Shown: in pieces, positions 1 to 11,198 of the stretch | Layout: each line of letters starts with the position of its first letter | How positions within the stretch are numbered: the first letter of the stretch is position 1 | From: an uncultured archaeon | Lineage (GTDB): Archaea; Asgardarchaeota; Lokiarchaeia; Sigyniarchaeales; SOKP01 | Reading direction: 5' to 3' | Length of the DNA stretch: 64,000 nucleotides | NCBI GenBank assembly: GCA_964486045.1 | Contig: CAZALK010000001.1 | Coordinates: 1 to 64,000 of the forward strand | Position numbers and translations under genes: made by a program | The notes under the pieces: generated by a model | What the model saw: the letters and a program-made list of their open reading frames with translations, nothing else | What the model was told of the DNA's origin: nothing | Database searches by the model: none

Positions 1-128
1 AATGCCACGTAACGAGCTAAAATAAAAAAAATAAAGATTAGATTAAAAATATATGTTTTTTTTTCCTTTTATCAATTAATCCTTAAAAGTTAATCCTTAA
101 ATTCATTATATGACCAGAAGATGATATT

Positions 129-1484
129 ATGGTTTCAAATAAGTTAATAAAAACAGCTCTCCATTTAATTGACAGTTGGTTAGATTATCAAGTGTACCTT
201 AAGGAGATTCCCGGGCTTGCAGTGGGAATAGCCATAAATAATGAATTAATTTTTAAAAAGGAATACGGATATGCCAATTTGGAAAAGAAAAACAAGTTAA
301 CTGATCAAGATTTGTTTCGAATTGCGTCCCATTCTAAATTATTCACAGCTACTGCAATAATGATGCTGTATCACGAAGGAAAGTTATCTATTGACGATAA
401 AGTCTCGAAGTACATACCTTGGGTCCAATCAACAAAAGATAAACAACTGGAAAACATTAGAATTCAGCATTTATTAACACATTCAAGTGGAATAACTCGG
501 GATGGCAATACAGCTCATTGGTTCAACTATAAATTTCCCACACTCGAGGATATTAAATCACAATTCCAAGAAAAAATCACCTTTTATGAACCAAGTGAAA
601 CATTTAAATATTCAAATTTTGGATATATGCTCTTAGGACAAATTATTGAAATAGTGTCAGGACAGAGTTACCCCAATTTTATTCAAAAACGCATTCTTTC
701 ACCATTAGGAATGCAGAATACTGTTGTAGATGTAGATGAGACGAATTTGTCTAGACATGCGACAGGATATAAACGTTGGTTACCCAAACAAGAAAGAAAA
801 CCTTTTAACCATGTACCAACGAAAATTATGAATGCTGCTACGGGTTTAAGCAGTACCGTAGAAGATTTAATAAAATTTTATCAAGCTCATATGTTTGGTA
901 ATGATACATTAATCCCCGATTATATTAAGAGGGAAATGCAGAGAACTCAGTTTAAAAGAAATAAAGGGGAGTATGGATTGGGATTTATTTTGGAGAAAAT
1001 TGGAGGTACAACTCTCATTGGTCACAGTGGAGGCTTTCCTGGTTTTTTCACTCAATCCGGATTAATTCAAGATCAAAAAATCGTGATTGTGATTTTAAGC
1101 AATGCAGTTGATGGTCCCGCACGTGTTCTTCTAAATGGTATTGTTGGAATCCTCAACAAACTCAAAAAGAACAGAGAAAAATTCTCAATTAAAGAACAAG
1201 AAAAAAGACCGGATTTTTCTAGGATTATAGGATTTTATGCGAATGATTGGGGTACTACTCTTTATAGTCAAATTGGTTCTAAACTAGTAAAGATTTTACC
1301 TAATTTAGATAACCCGCTTGAATTTTTTGTAATCTTTAAGCATGATCAGAGTTTTAAGTTTATCATCCCAGAGGATTTCCCTTTTTCAGGACAATCTTTT
1401 GAATTTATAGATGATTCGAAGGGAGAAAAAATCTTAATTGATAGTCATCGAGGAAAATCATTCCGATTTGAATTCAAATACTAA
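129..1484 (+). CDS. Serine hydrolase, beta-lactamase/AmpC-PBP family
   Basis: SxxK (IASHSK), YxN (YSN) and HSG motifs; LLTHSSG. Confidence 0.9.
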   Translation: MVSNKLIKTALHLIDSWLDYQVYLKEIPGLAVGIAINNELIFKKEYGYANLEKKNKLTDQDLFRIASHSKLFTATAIMMLYHEGKLSIDDKVSKYIPWVQSTKDKQLENIRIQHLLTHSSGITRDGNTAHWFNYKFPTLEDIKSQFQEKITFYEPSETFKYSNFGYMLLGQIIEIVSGQSYPNFIQKRILSPLGMQNTVVDVDETNLSRHATGYKRWLPKQERKPFNHVPTKIMNAATGLSSTVEDLIKFYQAHMFGNDTLIPDYIKREMQRTQFKRNKGEYGLGFILEKIGGTTLIGHSGGFPGFFTQSGLIQDQKIVIVILSNAVDGPARVLLNGIVGILNKLKKNREKFSIKEQEKRPDFSRIIGFYANDWGTTLYSQIGSKLVKILPNLDNPLEFFVIFKHDQSFKFIIPEDFPFSGQSFEFIDDSKGEKILIDSHRGKSFRFEFKY

Positions 1485-1629
1485 TTTCTGAATTATCTGA
1501 TAAATTGAAAATCAATTGTAATATATCCCTTTAAATCTATGTGAAAGAATTTTGATTCTTAGATAATTTTTTATTTAAATACGTTCGGTTTATATGAAGG
1601 TAAATTAACAATTTTACAAGTGATTAAGA

Positions 1630-1956
1630 ATGAATTTCAAAGAATTTAAAAAATTGGCAATGGTAAAAAGCTTTGTTGAGTTGTATCAGCACTATTTTCA
1701 GTTATTTTTAATAGCTAAAGGATATTTCTCAAAAAACCTTTCTCATCACATGTTTCATGAGATTTGTGAAAGGTTTTGTGAAATAATTCACTTTCCCTCA
1801 GATGTTTTAGAAAGTTTACAAGCTAGAGAAATTGGTTTAGATACGATTGGTATAATTGACTGGCGGGTCGTAGAAATAATGGCTCAGATATCTGGAAGTG
1901 ATATAATTAGCGCTTTTTCTCAACTAGAAGCAATAAAAATATACAAAGAAAGATGA
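1630..1956 (+). CDS. Hypothetical protein
   Basis: 108-aa ORF, no recognised motif. Confidence 0.55.
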   Translation: MNFKEFKKLAMVKSFVELYQHYFQLFLIAKGYFSKNLSHHMFHEICERFCEIIHFPSDVLESLQAREIGLDTIGIIDWRVVEIMAQISGSDIISAFSQLEAIKIYKER

Positions 1957-2092
1957 AACATTTTATCCTAAGATTTTTGTCGTCCAGGAACATCCACTTT
2001 TAAAATAACGCTGATCATGGTAATCAACTTCGATCTTCATAGAAATAAGTATATCCTGCTCTGTTATTGTCTTTAATTTATAAGGAAAGATC

Positions 2093-2353
2093 TCAATAAA
2101 ACGCTGGACCTCTTAATACGGGAAGAAATAATATCGTAAATAATAGAATAATGCAAAAGAAGAGGCCCATTATGCCTAGGTTGTGCCCTATTTTGTCTAT
2201 TGAAGGATTTTTATCCATTTCCATACCTTTTTTCTCAAGATTAATTGCTACTAGGAAAAAGATAACTGTTCTGAGATAAAAAAAATTAAAGATGTTTCGG
2301 AATATGAAGAGTCTAGGATTAATAATTAGATCACTAAAAATAAAAAGGTGCAT
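2093..2353 (-). CDS. Possible small membrane protein or gene remnant
   Basis: Hydrophobic 86-aa ORF; coding status uncertain. Confidence 0.3.
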   Translation of the reverse strand: MHLFIFSDLIINPRLFIFRNIFNFFYLRTVIFFLVAINLEKKGMEMDKNPSIDKIGHNLGIMGLFFCIILLFTILFLPVLRGPAFY

Positions 2354-2418
2354 TGAATGAAGCTTTAAAAAAACAGTGATATAACATTTAATTACTCATT
2401 ATTGAACTCTTGTGAGAA

Positions 2419-2880
2419 ATGGCAGTTTTAGAAGTCGGAATTAACCTTTGTAAGGACCCACTACTAGGGATAAAGTATTATTCATCTTCGGATAATGTAT
2501 TGGATCCAAGGATACGAGCCCAATTTTTAACTGGATTAGAAAATTTCATCGATGAAGCTTTTGGTGATAAGATTAATGTAATATCCCTTTCAGAGTTCAA
2601 ATTTATATGTTATTTTAAAAAGGTTCAATTACAAGGGAAAGATATGAGTGATACTAAATTATTACTATCATTTGCTATCATTGAACAAGATACAAATCCG
2701 AGTTTTGTAAAAAAGCATTTAAAGAAAATAATATCAGAGTTTAGAAATCAATATGCTCTTAGCGACATTTTTTCTAAAGATCCCGAACACTTCCAGAAAT
2801 TTGAACCAAGGATCAATGAGATTCTTGGAGATTTAAGATTGAAAATAGATGATCGCCTAAGGTCTCTCTTTAGGGATTAA
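2419..2880 (+). CDS. Longin/roadblock-like domain protein (Asgard type)
   Basis: 'AQFLTGLENFIDEAFGDKI' helix, beta strands and 'LKKIISEFRNQY...FQKFEPRINEIL' match Asgard longin-like proteins. Confidence 0.65.
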   Translation: MAVLEVGINLCKDPLLGIKYYSSSDNVLDPRIRAQFLTGLENFIDEAFGDKINVISLSEFKFICYFKKVQLQGKDMSDTKLLLSFAIIEQDTNPSFVKKHLKKIISEFRNQYALSDIFSKDPEHFQKFEPRINEILGDLRLKIDDRLRSLFRD

Positions 2881-3205
2881 AATTGATCTAAATTTATCAA
2901 TTCTATCTTTATATTTAATAAAATTCTAATTAAATTAATTATAAGTCGAATCATAAAAAAAATTACTCGTTTGGGCAAAAAAAAATTAGGGGGACTTATA
3001 AAATCCTGTTTGATTCGGAAAGTAATACCCTAGAAATGATAGAAAATGCTGTTAATTATTTTGATATTATAGATTAACAAAAGAAGATCGCTTGAAAATT
3101 TTAGTTTTAAATGCAGCTAAATTATTAAACATTAAAATAAACCAACCCTTCTCAATGGGAGTAAAAAATCAACATTTAAATTAGTATTTGTCATATCATT
3201 TTAAT

Positions 3206-4009
3206 ATGAAGTTTATAGATTTATCCATCCCATTAATTAATCCAAATGAATTGATTTTTGATCCACCTCTATCTAGACCTAAAATTGAGTATAGTAATCA
3301 TTCTACCGGTGGGGAACAAATGGCTTTTGTTTTTCCGAAATTAAATCCCGAAGAACACTTACCAGATGGAAAAGGTTGGGCGGTTGAAACCATAACTATA
3401 TCCACTCATAATGGTACTCATATGGATGCGCCATGGCATTTTGCACCGATTCAAGATAGAGAAATAGGTGAGAAAAAAGCAAAGACAATTGATGAATTTC
3501 CGTTAGAATGGGGTATTGGACCACTTATTGTATTAGACACTACTGATTATGAAGATGGGTATGTAATGACTCCATATGATATTGACAAGAAATTAAAAGA
3601 TATTTCGCATAAATTGCAAGAAGGAGATATCCTTTGCATTAACACAAATGCTTCTAAATATTACGGGACTAAGGATTATATAAATTACGGCGTAGGAGTT
3701 GGAAAAGATGCCACATTACACATTATTAGGAAAGGTGTCCACGTTGTTGGAACGAATTCTTGGAGTTGGGATGCTCCATTTAGTATTACTGCTAATAAAT
3801 GGAAAGAATCTCTAAAAGCTAAAAAGCCGAAACCTTCTATTATTTGGGAGGGGCATTTTGCTGGCATTGAATTAGGATATTTTCAAATGGAAAAACTTGC
3901 AAATTTAGATAAAATACCTCCTGTTGGAGCAACAATCTATTGCTTTCCTATAAAGATTGCCAGAGCAAGCGCAGGATGGGTTCGGGCAGTTGCTACTATC
4001 CCAGAATAA
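3206..4009 (+). CDS. Cyclase/kynurenine formamidase-family metallohydrolase
   Basis: HNGTHMDAPWH motif, FIDLSIP N-terminus; ATG 3206 preferred over TTG 3188. Confidence 0.9.
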   Translation: MKFIDLSIPLINPNELIFDPPLSRPKIEYSNHSTGGEQMAFVFPKLNPEEHLPDGKGWAVETITISTHNGTHMDAPWHFAPIQDREIGEKKAKTIDEFPLEWGIGPLIVLDTTDYEDGYVMTPYDIDKKLKDISHKLQEGDILCINTNASKYYGTKDYINYGVGVGKDATLHIIRKGVHVVGTNSWSWDAPFSITANKWKESLKAKKPKPSIIWEGHFAGIELGYFQMEKLANLDKIPPVGATIYCFPIKIARASAGWVRAVATIPE

Positions 4010-4035
4010 AAGAAAATAAAAGTGTGAGTTTTTTT

Positions 4036-6246
4036 TTAATCTTCTTTAAAAATATCTTCCACTAGTTTATTATTATCTTCATCTTTAAAGTGAGCAAGGG
4101 CTCCACTCCAATCTTTTAATATATCCTTATATCTTTCTTCAAATTTTTCAACAAACTCTTTCAGTGGCGCTCGTACTTCAGAACTCTGAGCCCCTTTTAT
4201 AAATAGGGCTCCAAAAATTTTACTGCCATATTCTAGTAGTATAGTAATATCTCCATGGTCGATCTTTTTTAAAGTTTCAGCAGATTTAGTCATTTCTTTA
4301 ACAAAGGAGGTAATGGCAGAGAACATTCCTGATACTAAACCGGGATCTTGAATTGAATCGCTTCGAAATGCATAATTATATACCCCGCGCCCATCATCAT
4401 AAATTATATATAGGCCTTGTTTTTCAGCTTTTTGAAATGTATAACTGAGTTCTGGTTTCCAAATGTTGATCAATTTATTTTGGTAAAGATATCTAATTGT
4501 AAAATAAAATCGCTTTCTCTCATTTTCATCCTCTGGTTTTAAAACTTCTAATAATTTATCAATTGTTAAATTGTTAAGAATTTCTTTGATTTCTTCTCGT
4601 TCCCTTCCAATGGTTTCTGGTGGGATGTTTTTCTCGCTTGAAATTAAAAAAGAAAGATCTTCTTTATTGTAATCATCAAATGATAAAAAATCGGTTATTG
4701 TGGAATAAACTATCTTCTCGATGAATTCTTCACCGATTGGTGTATTTCTAGTCTTGAAGGATTTCTTAAAATAAAAAACTAACATTCCCCATATTACAAC
4801 ATTGAAAATATAACGCGTATACAGATACGGTATTGCTAATATATTCAAAAATCCAGGTAATGTTGCTTGTAGGCTTGCAGTTCTTAATGTATAAAAACCA
4901 AACCCAAAAATTTGAGTATAACTTGCTTTTCCTGTTAACCAATAATTTACAGGACTACTAATTAAAACCGAGAAGATTATAACAAAGGGGAGATAGGAGA
5001 AAACACCTAATCCTAAGCTTTTGGTGAACTTTAAACCATAAACAAGAAATAACGTTAATATTAAAGATGAAAGGATTTCTGTCACAAAAATACCATACAT
5101 AATAATCAAATCAAATTGCAAAGTACGATAAAAAGTAGGATCTGTTGTTGTGTATTCCCCTGTTCCATATATTAAACTCTCTTCTATAGATCCTGGTAAG
5201 CCAAATAAAGAAGAATAACCAACATTAGTTAATATCAGATTTAATAATAGGTATATAACAAGAGCTAAAGCACCTAGAATAAACATATAATAAAAGTTTG
5301 AGTAATCTACTTTCTTTTTCTTTCTGTTCCTTAGCCAATTTAGTAATTTAAGAAAGATATAGATAGAAACAGGTTCAAATATATCGAGAAATAAAATAAA
5401 TATTATTGAAGCCATAATAAAATACGCAAAGAAGTAAATTATTATTGTTATAGATGCCTGATATTGGATAATAAACAATATAATAGACAATATAGACATA
5501 GGTGCCCCAATCGTATACAATCCTTTATAAGTTTGTTTTCTTATTTTTTCACCAAAATATCTACCTCTAAGAGCAACTTGACTAGAAGAGAGGATTTCAA
5601 TACTGAATATAAATGTTGCTAAGTACACAAATAAGATCTCAAGAAACCATCCTAACGCGGTTTCTCCCATTGTGAGTGATTCATTTTGCATCTTAGAAAT
5701 TTCCAATATTACCTGCAATAGATATAGGGAAATTGGTAAAAGCACAATCATTAATTTTAATATTTCTTTCTCCCTTTTCCAATTGTTCCTTTGTAGTTCT
5801 CTTTTAGTTCTTTCAGTTGGGGATTCATTGATCTCATAGCTTATTTCTCCTAAATTAGATTTTAAGGATCCTTCTTCTTTTCTCAACTTGTTCAATGAAA
5901 TTAAAAATGCTATAAATGGAGCAACAAAAAAGATAAATGGTAGAGTTATTAAAGGATACGAGAAAAATAACGATATTAGTGAACCAAAATGCGCTCCTAT
6001 ATATGCAACACCATAAGCAATATTTCCCACTTCTGCTGGGGGTACAATGAGTTCATCAGGAGGAACTCCTACCTGATAGATTAATGGCAGGATCCAATAA
6101 ATCAAAAAAAATACAAGAATACATGCAACGATTCTAAAATATAATTTTCCTACTGTTTTTTTCCAAATAAAAAACAAGGGAATAATTAGAATAATTATTG
6201 GGACAGCATTTAATAAGATCGTATAAAAGATTTCTACGGCAGTCAT
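4036..6246 (-). CDS. Polytopic membrane protein with C-terminal longin/roadblock-like domain
   Basis: About 10-11 hydrophobic segments, then 'DPGLVSGMFSAITSFVKEM...IDHGDITILLEYG...FEERYKDILKDWSG'. Confidence 0.75.
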   Translation of the reverse strand: MTAVEIFYTILLNAVPIIILIIPLFFIWKKTVGKLYFRIVACILVFFLIYWILPLIYQVGVPPDELIVPPAEVGNIAYGVAYIGAHFGSLISLFFSYPLITLPFIFFVAPFIAFLISLNKLRKEEGSLKSNLGEISYEINESPTERTKRELQRNNWKREKEILKLMIVLLPISLYLLQVILEISKMQNESLTMGETALGWFLEILFVYLATFIFSIEILSSSQVALRGRYFGEKIRKQTYKGLYTIGAPMSILSIILFIIQYQASITIIIYFFAYFIMASIIFILFLDIFEPVSIYIFLKLLNWLRNRKKKKVDYSNFYYMFILGALALVIYLLLNLILTNVGYSSLFGLPGSIEESLIYGTGEYTTTDPTFYRTLQFDLIIMYGIFVTEILSSLILTLFLVYGLKFTKSLGLGVFSYLPFVIIFSVLISSPVNYWLTGKASYTQIFGFGFYTLRTASLQATLPGFLNILAIPYLYTRYIFNVVIWGMLVFYFKKSFKTRNTPIGEEFIEKIVYSTITDFLSFDDYNKEDLSFLISSEKNIPPETIGREREEIKEILNNLTIDKLLEVLKPEDENERKRFYFTIRYLYQNKLINIWKPELSYTFQKAEKQGLYIIYDDGRGVYNYAFRSDSIQDPGLVSGMFSAITSFVKEMTKSAETLKKIDHGDITILLEYGSKIFGALFIKGAQSSEVRAPLKEFVEKFEERYKDILKDWSGALAHFKDEDNNKLVEDIFKED

Positions 6247-6354
6247 AATTAGAAAAATTCTTACTTTTAAGAAAATTGAAGTTTATTTAAAATAAATGTA
6301 TGCAAATTTAATTATAATAATTTAGCTATTTTTGGAACATTTTTAAGTATTAAT

Positions 6355-7452
6355 ATGACAAAAAATAACAAAATAGGAATAATAGTTGATGAAGATTTTG
6401 CCTCTAAAAACACACCACAGTATCCCCATCCAATATTCCTTTCATATGAAACCCCCCTAAGGGTTAAATCAATCTTAAATTTTCTAGAAGAGAAGAAGGT
6501 TTTCATGAATGAGAGAGTTGTAAAAATGAAGCCTGTTTCGGTGGATGAATCCCTATTGAGTTTAGCTCATACAAAATACCATATAGATTCTGTTAGAAAT
6601 TTTTCTAACCGCGGATTTGGCTTATTAAGTGAGGAGGTTTTTATTACAGCGGACACTTATGAGCTAGCTAAGAAAGCTGTAGGAGGGACAATACAAGCAA
6701 TTAATAGCGTGTTAAATAATGATGTGGATCAGTCGTTTGCTCTTATCAGACCTCCTGGTCATCATGCATTGCGAGAAAAAGCTTCTGGGCTTTGTATTTT
6801 TAACAACATCGCAAATTCTATTATCCATTTGAGAGAGAACCACCAATACACTAAAAAAATTGCAATTATTGATATTGACGCCCACTTCGGTGATGGTTTG
6901 GTTCAATATTTCTATGATGATCCTAGTGTCCTCTATTTTTCTGTTCATGAGTTTGATTTTGTGGAGGGAGATATTGGGTTTATTGATGAACTGGGAGAGA
7001 ATGAGGGACTTGGAAAAAATATTAATTTTCCCATACCCTTAAACACTACAGATGTAGACTTTTTAGAATTCTTTGATATTTTAGAGCCAGTCTTAAACGA
7101 ATTCGCTCCTGATATGATTATTATAGCTGCAGGATTTGATCTACATTTCGCAGATCCTATAGGAAATGGCAATTTGACTAGTATTTCTTATTTTAGATTC
7201 GCCGAAAGAATTTTAAGAATAGCCAATAAAATTTGTGAAGGAAAACTAATTTTTATCCTCGAGGGTGGTTACAGTTTAATTGGGTTGCCTTATTGTGTTT
7301 TCGCTATTTTAAAAGCGTTATTAGGAGAGAAGTATGAACAACCAATTTTTGAAAAACTCAAATTTTTAATTGAATCTGATAAAGAAAATATTAATAAAAT
7401 AAAGACGGGATTGAAAAAATTGTTATCAGATTATTGGATTTCCTTAAAATGA
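6355..7452 (+). CDS. Histone deacetylase-family (Zn-dependent) deacetylase
   Basis: RPPGHHA, DIDAHFGDG, AGFDLH, LEGGY motifs. Confidence 0.93.
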   Translation: MTKNNKIGIIVDEDFASKNTPQYPHPIFLSYETPLRVKSILNFLEEKKVFMNERVVKMKPVSVDESLLSLAHTKYHIDSVRNFSNRGFGLLSEEVFITADTYELAKKAVGGTIQAINSVLNNDVDQSFALIRPPGHHALREKASGLCIFNNIANSIIHLRENHQYTKKIAIIDIDAHFGDGLVQYFYDDPSVLYFSVHEFDFVEGDIGFIDELGENEGLGKNINFPIPLNTTDVDFLEFFDILEPVLNEFAPDMIIIAAGFDLHFADPIGNGNLTSISYFRFAERILRIANKICEGKLIFILEGGYSLIGLPYCVFAILKALLGEKYEQPIFEKLKFLIESDKENINKIKTGLKKLLSDYWISLK

Positions 7453-7468
7453 TAAATATGTTAATGTG

Positions 7469-7870
7469 TTAAACTAGATCTAATAATTTTTTAGCGTATT
7501 CTTGAATAGTAAAAAGTGCATCACGTGGCCCTGCTCTAGGATTGATATAAGCAATTAATGCGCCGGTACCACCTACGGGGATCGGACAAATAATAACATG
7601 CCCCTTTCCAGTTATATTAGTACCAATTTTTCTTTCTTCAGTATTTTCTACAACCATAAATTTTATTCCTTGAATGGTAATGCTAGTAATTCCTTTCTCA
7701 CCAAGTTCCAATTTCTGACCTAAAACCTCGTTTATTATACTAATATCATTAGAGACGTCCCAATTTTCAGTTTGGGTAACTAATTGCCCATCTTTACTTA
7801 TTATCGCCACTCCAAATACGTTTTCTTCTTCGTTTAATAATCCATCAATTATACCTTCAATTTCAGACAT
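7469..7870 (-). CDS. Asgard (Loki-type) profilin
   Basis: 'TQTENWDVS...IQGIKFMVVENTEERKIGTNITGKGH...INPRAGPRD' closely resembles characterised Loki profilins; start 7870 or 7879. Confidence 0.92.
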   Translation of the reverse strand: MSEIEGIIDGLLNEEENVFGVAIISKDGQLVTQTENWDVSNDISIINEVLGQKLELGEKGITSITIQGIKFMVVENTEERKIGTNITGKGHVIICPIPVGGTGALIAYINPRAGPRDALFTIQEYAKKLLDLV

Positions 7871-7976
7871 TATGACCAAATATTATATTATTAAATTGCT
7901 ATAATAAAATAAATAAAACAAATCATAAATTTAAATATAATTTAAAAATTATCTCAAAATTTAACGGTGAAATTTA

Positions 7977-8522
7977 TTGGCTTTTAGAATGTGGAGAAAG
8001 GCGATTCTTCTATCTTTACGTGAAAAGAAAGTGTTTACAATATTTACACTCATTTATACCATTTTGATCTTTTTAACTAGTCTATTTTGGGATCTAGCAT
8101 TACCACCTAGTGAGTTGAGCGGAGCTGGGTTTTTCCTTCCAATCTTTTTTGTGACAAGTCTGTTTCTTTCCTTACTTTATGCTTGGATTTTAGTATCAAG
8201 AAAAAGACGTGTTTGGGCAACGTTCAAATGTATTGGCTATACAAATCGGAATATTATCTCCCTTGTTTCAGGAATGATATTGTTTACTACAATTATCGGT
8301 TTTGTAATTGTAATTGAAGTTTTATTTCACTATACAGCTGCTTTAACTTATTTACAATCCGCAGACTTTTTACTAATTATGCCTACAATATTAATCAGAT
8401 TATGGCCAGTTATCATTACTAGCGGACTATTCATTTTTGTTCAGATATTAGCATTTATTTTAGTGTATCGAAAAGTATTGAAGGTAAGACCTATAATTGC
8501 ATTAAAAAAAGTAGGTGAGTGA
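7977..8522 (+). CDS. FtsX/LolE-like ABC permease (minimal, 4 TM)
   Basis: 'RKRRVWATFKCIGYT' and 'KVRPIIALK' FtsX-like signatures; overlaps the ATPase gene. Confidence 0.8.
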   Translation: MAFRMWRKAILLSLREKKVFTIFTLIYTILIFLTSLFWDLALPPSELSGAGFFLPIFFVTSLFLSLLYAWILVSRKRRVWATFKCIGYTNRNIISLVSGMILFTTIIGFVIVIEVLFHYTAALTYLQSADFLLIMPTILIRLWPVIITSGLFIFVQILAFILVYRKVLKVRPIIALKKVGE

Positions 8523-9217
8523 GGAAAATGTCAGCAGATAAAGATGTTATGATTGAAGCGGTTGATGTTAATAAAGAATATAGAAGAGCGGGGGCCATAA
8601 TTAGAGCATTGGCAGAGGTCAATTTGAAAATTAGATCAGGGGAATTTGTTATAGTTTCAGGACCAACAGGTTGTGGTAAATCGACACTCCTCAATGTTCT
8701 TTCAGGATTAGATTTACCTGATTCAGGAAGAATAATATTCGATGGAGAAAATATAGCGAGAGCAACCGAAGATAGACTCAGTAGACTCCGACGGCAAAAG
8801 ATTGGATTTATTTTTCAAGATTTTAATTTAGTTAATACATTAACTGCTATTGAAAATGTAGAAGCTGTTTTATGGCCAACTGTGTTACGTCAAAAAGAAA
8901 TAGAAAATAGAGCAATTTCAGCTCTAAGAGACGTAGATTTGCTTGATCGCAAAGACCACTTCCCTGCTCAAATGTCTGGTGGTGAAAAACAAAGATGTGG
9001 TATTGCTCGAGCAGTTATTCATAGACCTCGAGTTATTTTGGCTGATGAGGCAACGGGTAATTTAGACCCCGAATCAGAAAAACAGGTTATGGATTTGCTA
9101 AAAAAAATAAATAATGAAATGGAAACAACTATTATTTTTGTTACACACAGAGACTTATCTAAATATGCTACAAAGACCATTAAAATGGATAAAGGTAGGA
9201 TTATTAAAGTGCAATAA
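8519..9217 (+). CDS. ABC transporter ATPase, LolD/MacB/FtsE type
   Basis: GPTGCGKS Walker A, MSGGE signature, ILADE Walker B. Confidence 0.93.
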   Translation: MRKMSADKDVMIEAVDVNKEYRRAGAIIRALAEVNLKIRSGEFVIVSGPTGCGKSTLLNVLSGLDLPDSGRIIFDGENIARATEDRLSRLRRQKIGFIFQDFNLVNTLTAIENVEAVLWPTVLRQKEIENRAISALRDVDLLDRKDHFPAQMSGGEKQRCGIARAVIHRPRVILADEATGNLDPESEKQVMDLLKKINNEMETTIIFVTHRDLSKYATKTIKMDKGRIIKVQ

Positions 9218-9410
9218 AATTAAGTTTATTTCTTTCTATTTTATCTCATTTTTTCTTTTGAAACCATATTTTATCTTATAGTAGCGTTTATATTTTTACG
9301 TAAAGCCTTTATAAATCTTAAAAACAAAAATATAAATATAAAGAATTTCTGAGTTAAGATCAAATTACTCGAGTTAAAAGAAAAAAAATTATGATTGCTG
9401 GAGGATATTA

Positions 9411-10166
9411 GTGGGATTCAAAAGAGTTTTCTGGAGTGGCGTTGCTGGGATGTTTTGTCTCATTCCTATGGCATACATCTCATTTAGGTTTCTAAATCTT
9501 GGTGAGGGAATCACAGGAGGTCTTATTCAGAATGTCGATGATGCTTTAGGCGCGATATCAAGTTTAGTAGGAGGTGCAGGTGGTGTTGCCATAGAGATAA
9601 TAGGAGGGGCATTAATTGGGGTCGCTCTGATATTTTTATTTCCTATCCATTGGAGTATTTTTTATCGTCCAGATGATATTGGGTTAATTCTTGCTGTAAC
9701 CCTACCATGGATTTTATGTTGTGTAATAACATCCGGGATCTTCGCACGTTCACCTAAACAAGCAGTCCATACTAGCCTTGCAATAGGAATTGGTTATTCG
9801 ATTATTTTGACTGTTATATATATAGTGTTAATATTTGCAATCCCTTTAGGTTCAATTATATTGGATGGCATAGTACTAGGTTTAACTGACTTGCCCTATC
9901 TCCTTGCAGTTCTCACAGCAGTTTTTGAAGGATGTCTGGTAGGAGCTGTTTTTGGGGGATTTGTGGGAAGTTTAAAATATAAACCCGAAGGCGCTAAAGG
10001 AAAAAAAGTTAAATCAAAAGGAAAAGTAGAAGTTTCTGTATTATCAGAGGAAAGTAGAGCAATAGAAAGTTCTATATTAGCTAAGGAAACTTCTTGTTCT
10101 AATTGTGGGGCTAAATTAACGATAGACGAATTATTTTGCACAAATTGTGGTGCTAAAAAACCATAA
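9411..10166 (+). CDS. Membrane protein with C-terminal zinc ribbon
   Basis: About 5 TM segments; CSNCG...FCTNCG. Confidence 0.8.
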   Translation: MGFKRVFWSGVAGMFCLIPMAYISFRFLNLGEGITGGLIQNVDDALGAISSLVGGAGGVAIEIIGGALIGVALIFLFPIHWSIFYRPDDIGLILAVTLPWILCCVITSGIFARSPKQAVHTSLAIGIGYSIILTVIYIVLIFAIPLGSIILDGIVLGLTDLPYLLAVLTAVFEGCLVGAVFGGFVGSLKYKPEGAKGKKVKSKGKVEVSVLSEESRAIESSILAKETSCSNCGAKLTIDELFCTNCGAKKP

Positions 10167-10220
10167 GTAGATTTATAATTGAGAAAATTTATTTAAAAGT
10201 TTAATGGAGAATAGGAAATA

Positions 10221-11198
10221 ATGCCAAAAGAAATTAAAGGCCTAATCGTTAGTCGGTTGGTAATAATACTTTCAATAGTTCTTGGTCCAATTGCTATGTT
10301 TTTAATTTTTAATTTAACTGACTTTGACTTATGGTTTTCTGATGACCCAGCTCTAACAACGGTAATAATAAAAATTCTCTGTCCAACAGTTTTCAGCATA
10401 TCTTGGTTATTTTTTTTGATTTTATTTGCGGATCGATTTGCGAATACATTAGATGATTTTGACAGCACTATTAGTGTTGTTCCTTCTAGATTAAAATTCT
10501 TTTATGGGATAAATGCAATATACATTCTCTTTATATTTGTATTCCCTTTGATTACTCCATTAATATCTGTTTTAAGTTTTGCATCTTTTGCATGGAGATT
10601 GACCACTTTCAAGAAGGAAAGATGGGAAGACGATACGCAGATAGCTGTTTTCACTTGGGTAATGATGGGAATCGCCGCGATACTCCCCTTATTCTGCTCT
10701 ATTGTTGTTTTACCAAGATATTTCATTTTAGCAGAGTTCCTTTGGAGTGACATTTGGCTCCCAAATCTTAAATATCTCTATATAATTTCATACTCTTTAT
10801 TCACTTCATTAGCAATTGGTTCCTTAATTATTCTGTTTTCTAATTCGGGCATTAGTGAATATGAACAAACAATTCTAGAGAGTCCTCAAAAAAATAAATT
10901 CTGGAATGTGAAAATATTAGAAGTATTTTTATTTGGATTCTTTGTAGTTCTTGATTTATATGACTTTTCTATCATAGAGTTTTTCTATTTTGCTGGATTC
11001 GTAATAATCTTATTTACTTCCGTAGTCAATTTTTTTAGAGGGAAATCGAAGTATAAGGATTTTAAAAGCCATTTTATCGGTTATTTAATCGCAGCTGTAT
11101 TTATTGGATCTAGTGGATTTTTAAGAATATGGAGTTTGGTAATCTCAGCGGTAGTGTATATTTTTGTGTTTTTCTATACATTTTTGAAGTTAGATTAA
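10221..11198 (+). CDS. Polytopic membrane protein, unknown function
   Basis: About 9 hydrophobic segments. Confidence 0.75.
   Translation: MPKEIKGLIVSRLVIILSIVLGPIAMFLIFNLTDFDLWFSDDPALTTVIIKILCPTVFSISWLFFLILFADRFANTLDDFDSTISVVPSRLKFFYGINAIYILFIFVFPLITPLISVLSFASFAWRLTTFKKERWEDDTQIAVFTWVMMGIAAILPLFCSIVVLPRYFILAEFLWSDIWLPNLKYLYIISYSLFTSLAIGSLIILFSNSGISEYEQTILESPQKNKFWNVKILEVFLFGFFVVLDLYDFSIIEFFYFAGFVIILFTSVVNFFRGKSKYKDFKSHFIGYLIAAVFIGSSGFLRIWSLVISAVVYIFVFFYTFLKLD

Noticed and set aside
1963-2110. Open minus-strand frame continuing past ORF 2093-2353 (FIEIFPYKLK...TTKILG*)
   Set aside because: No recognisable homology; cannot distinguish a frameshifted remnant from chance.
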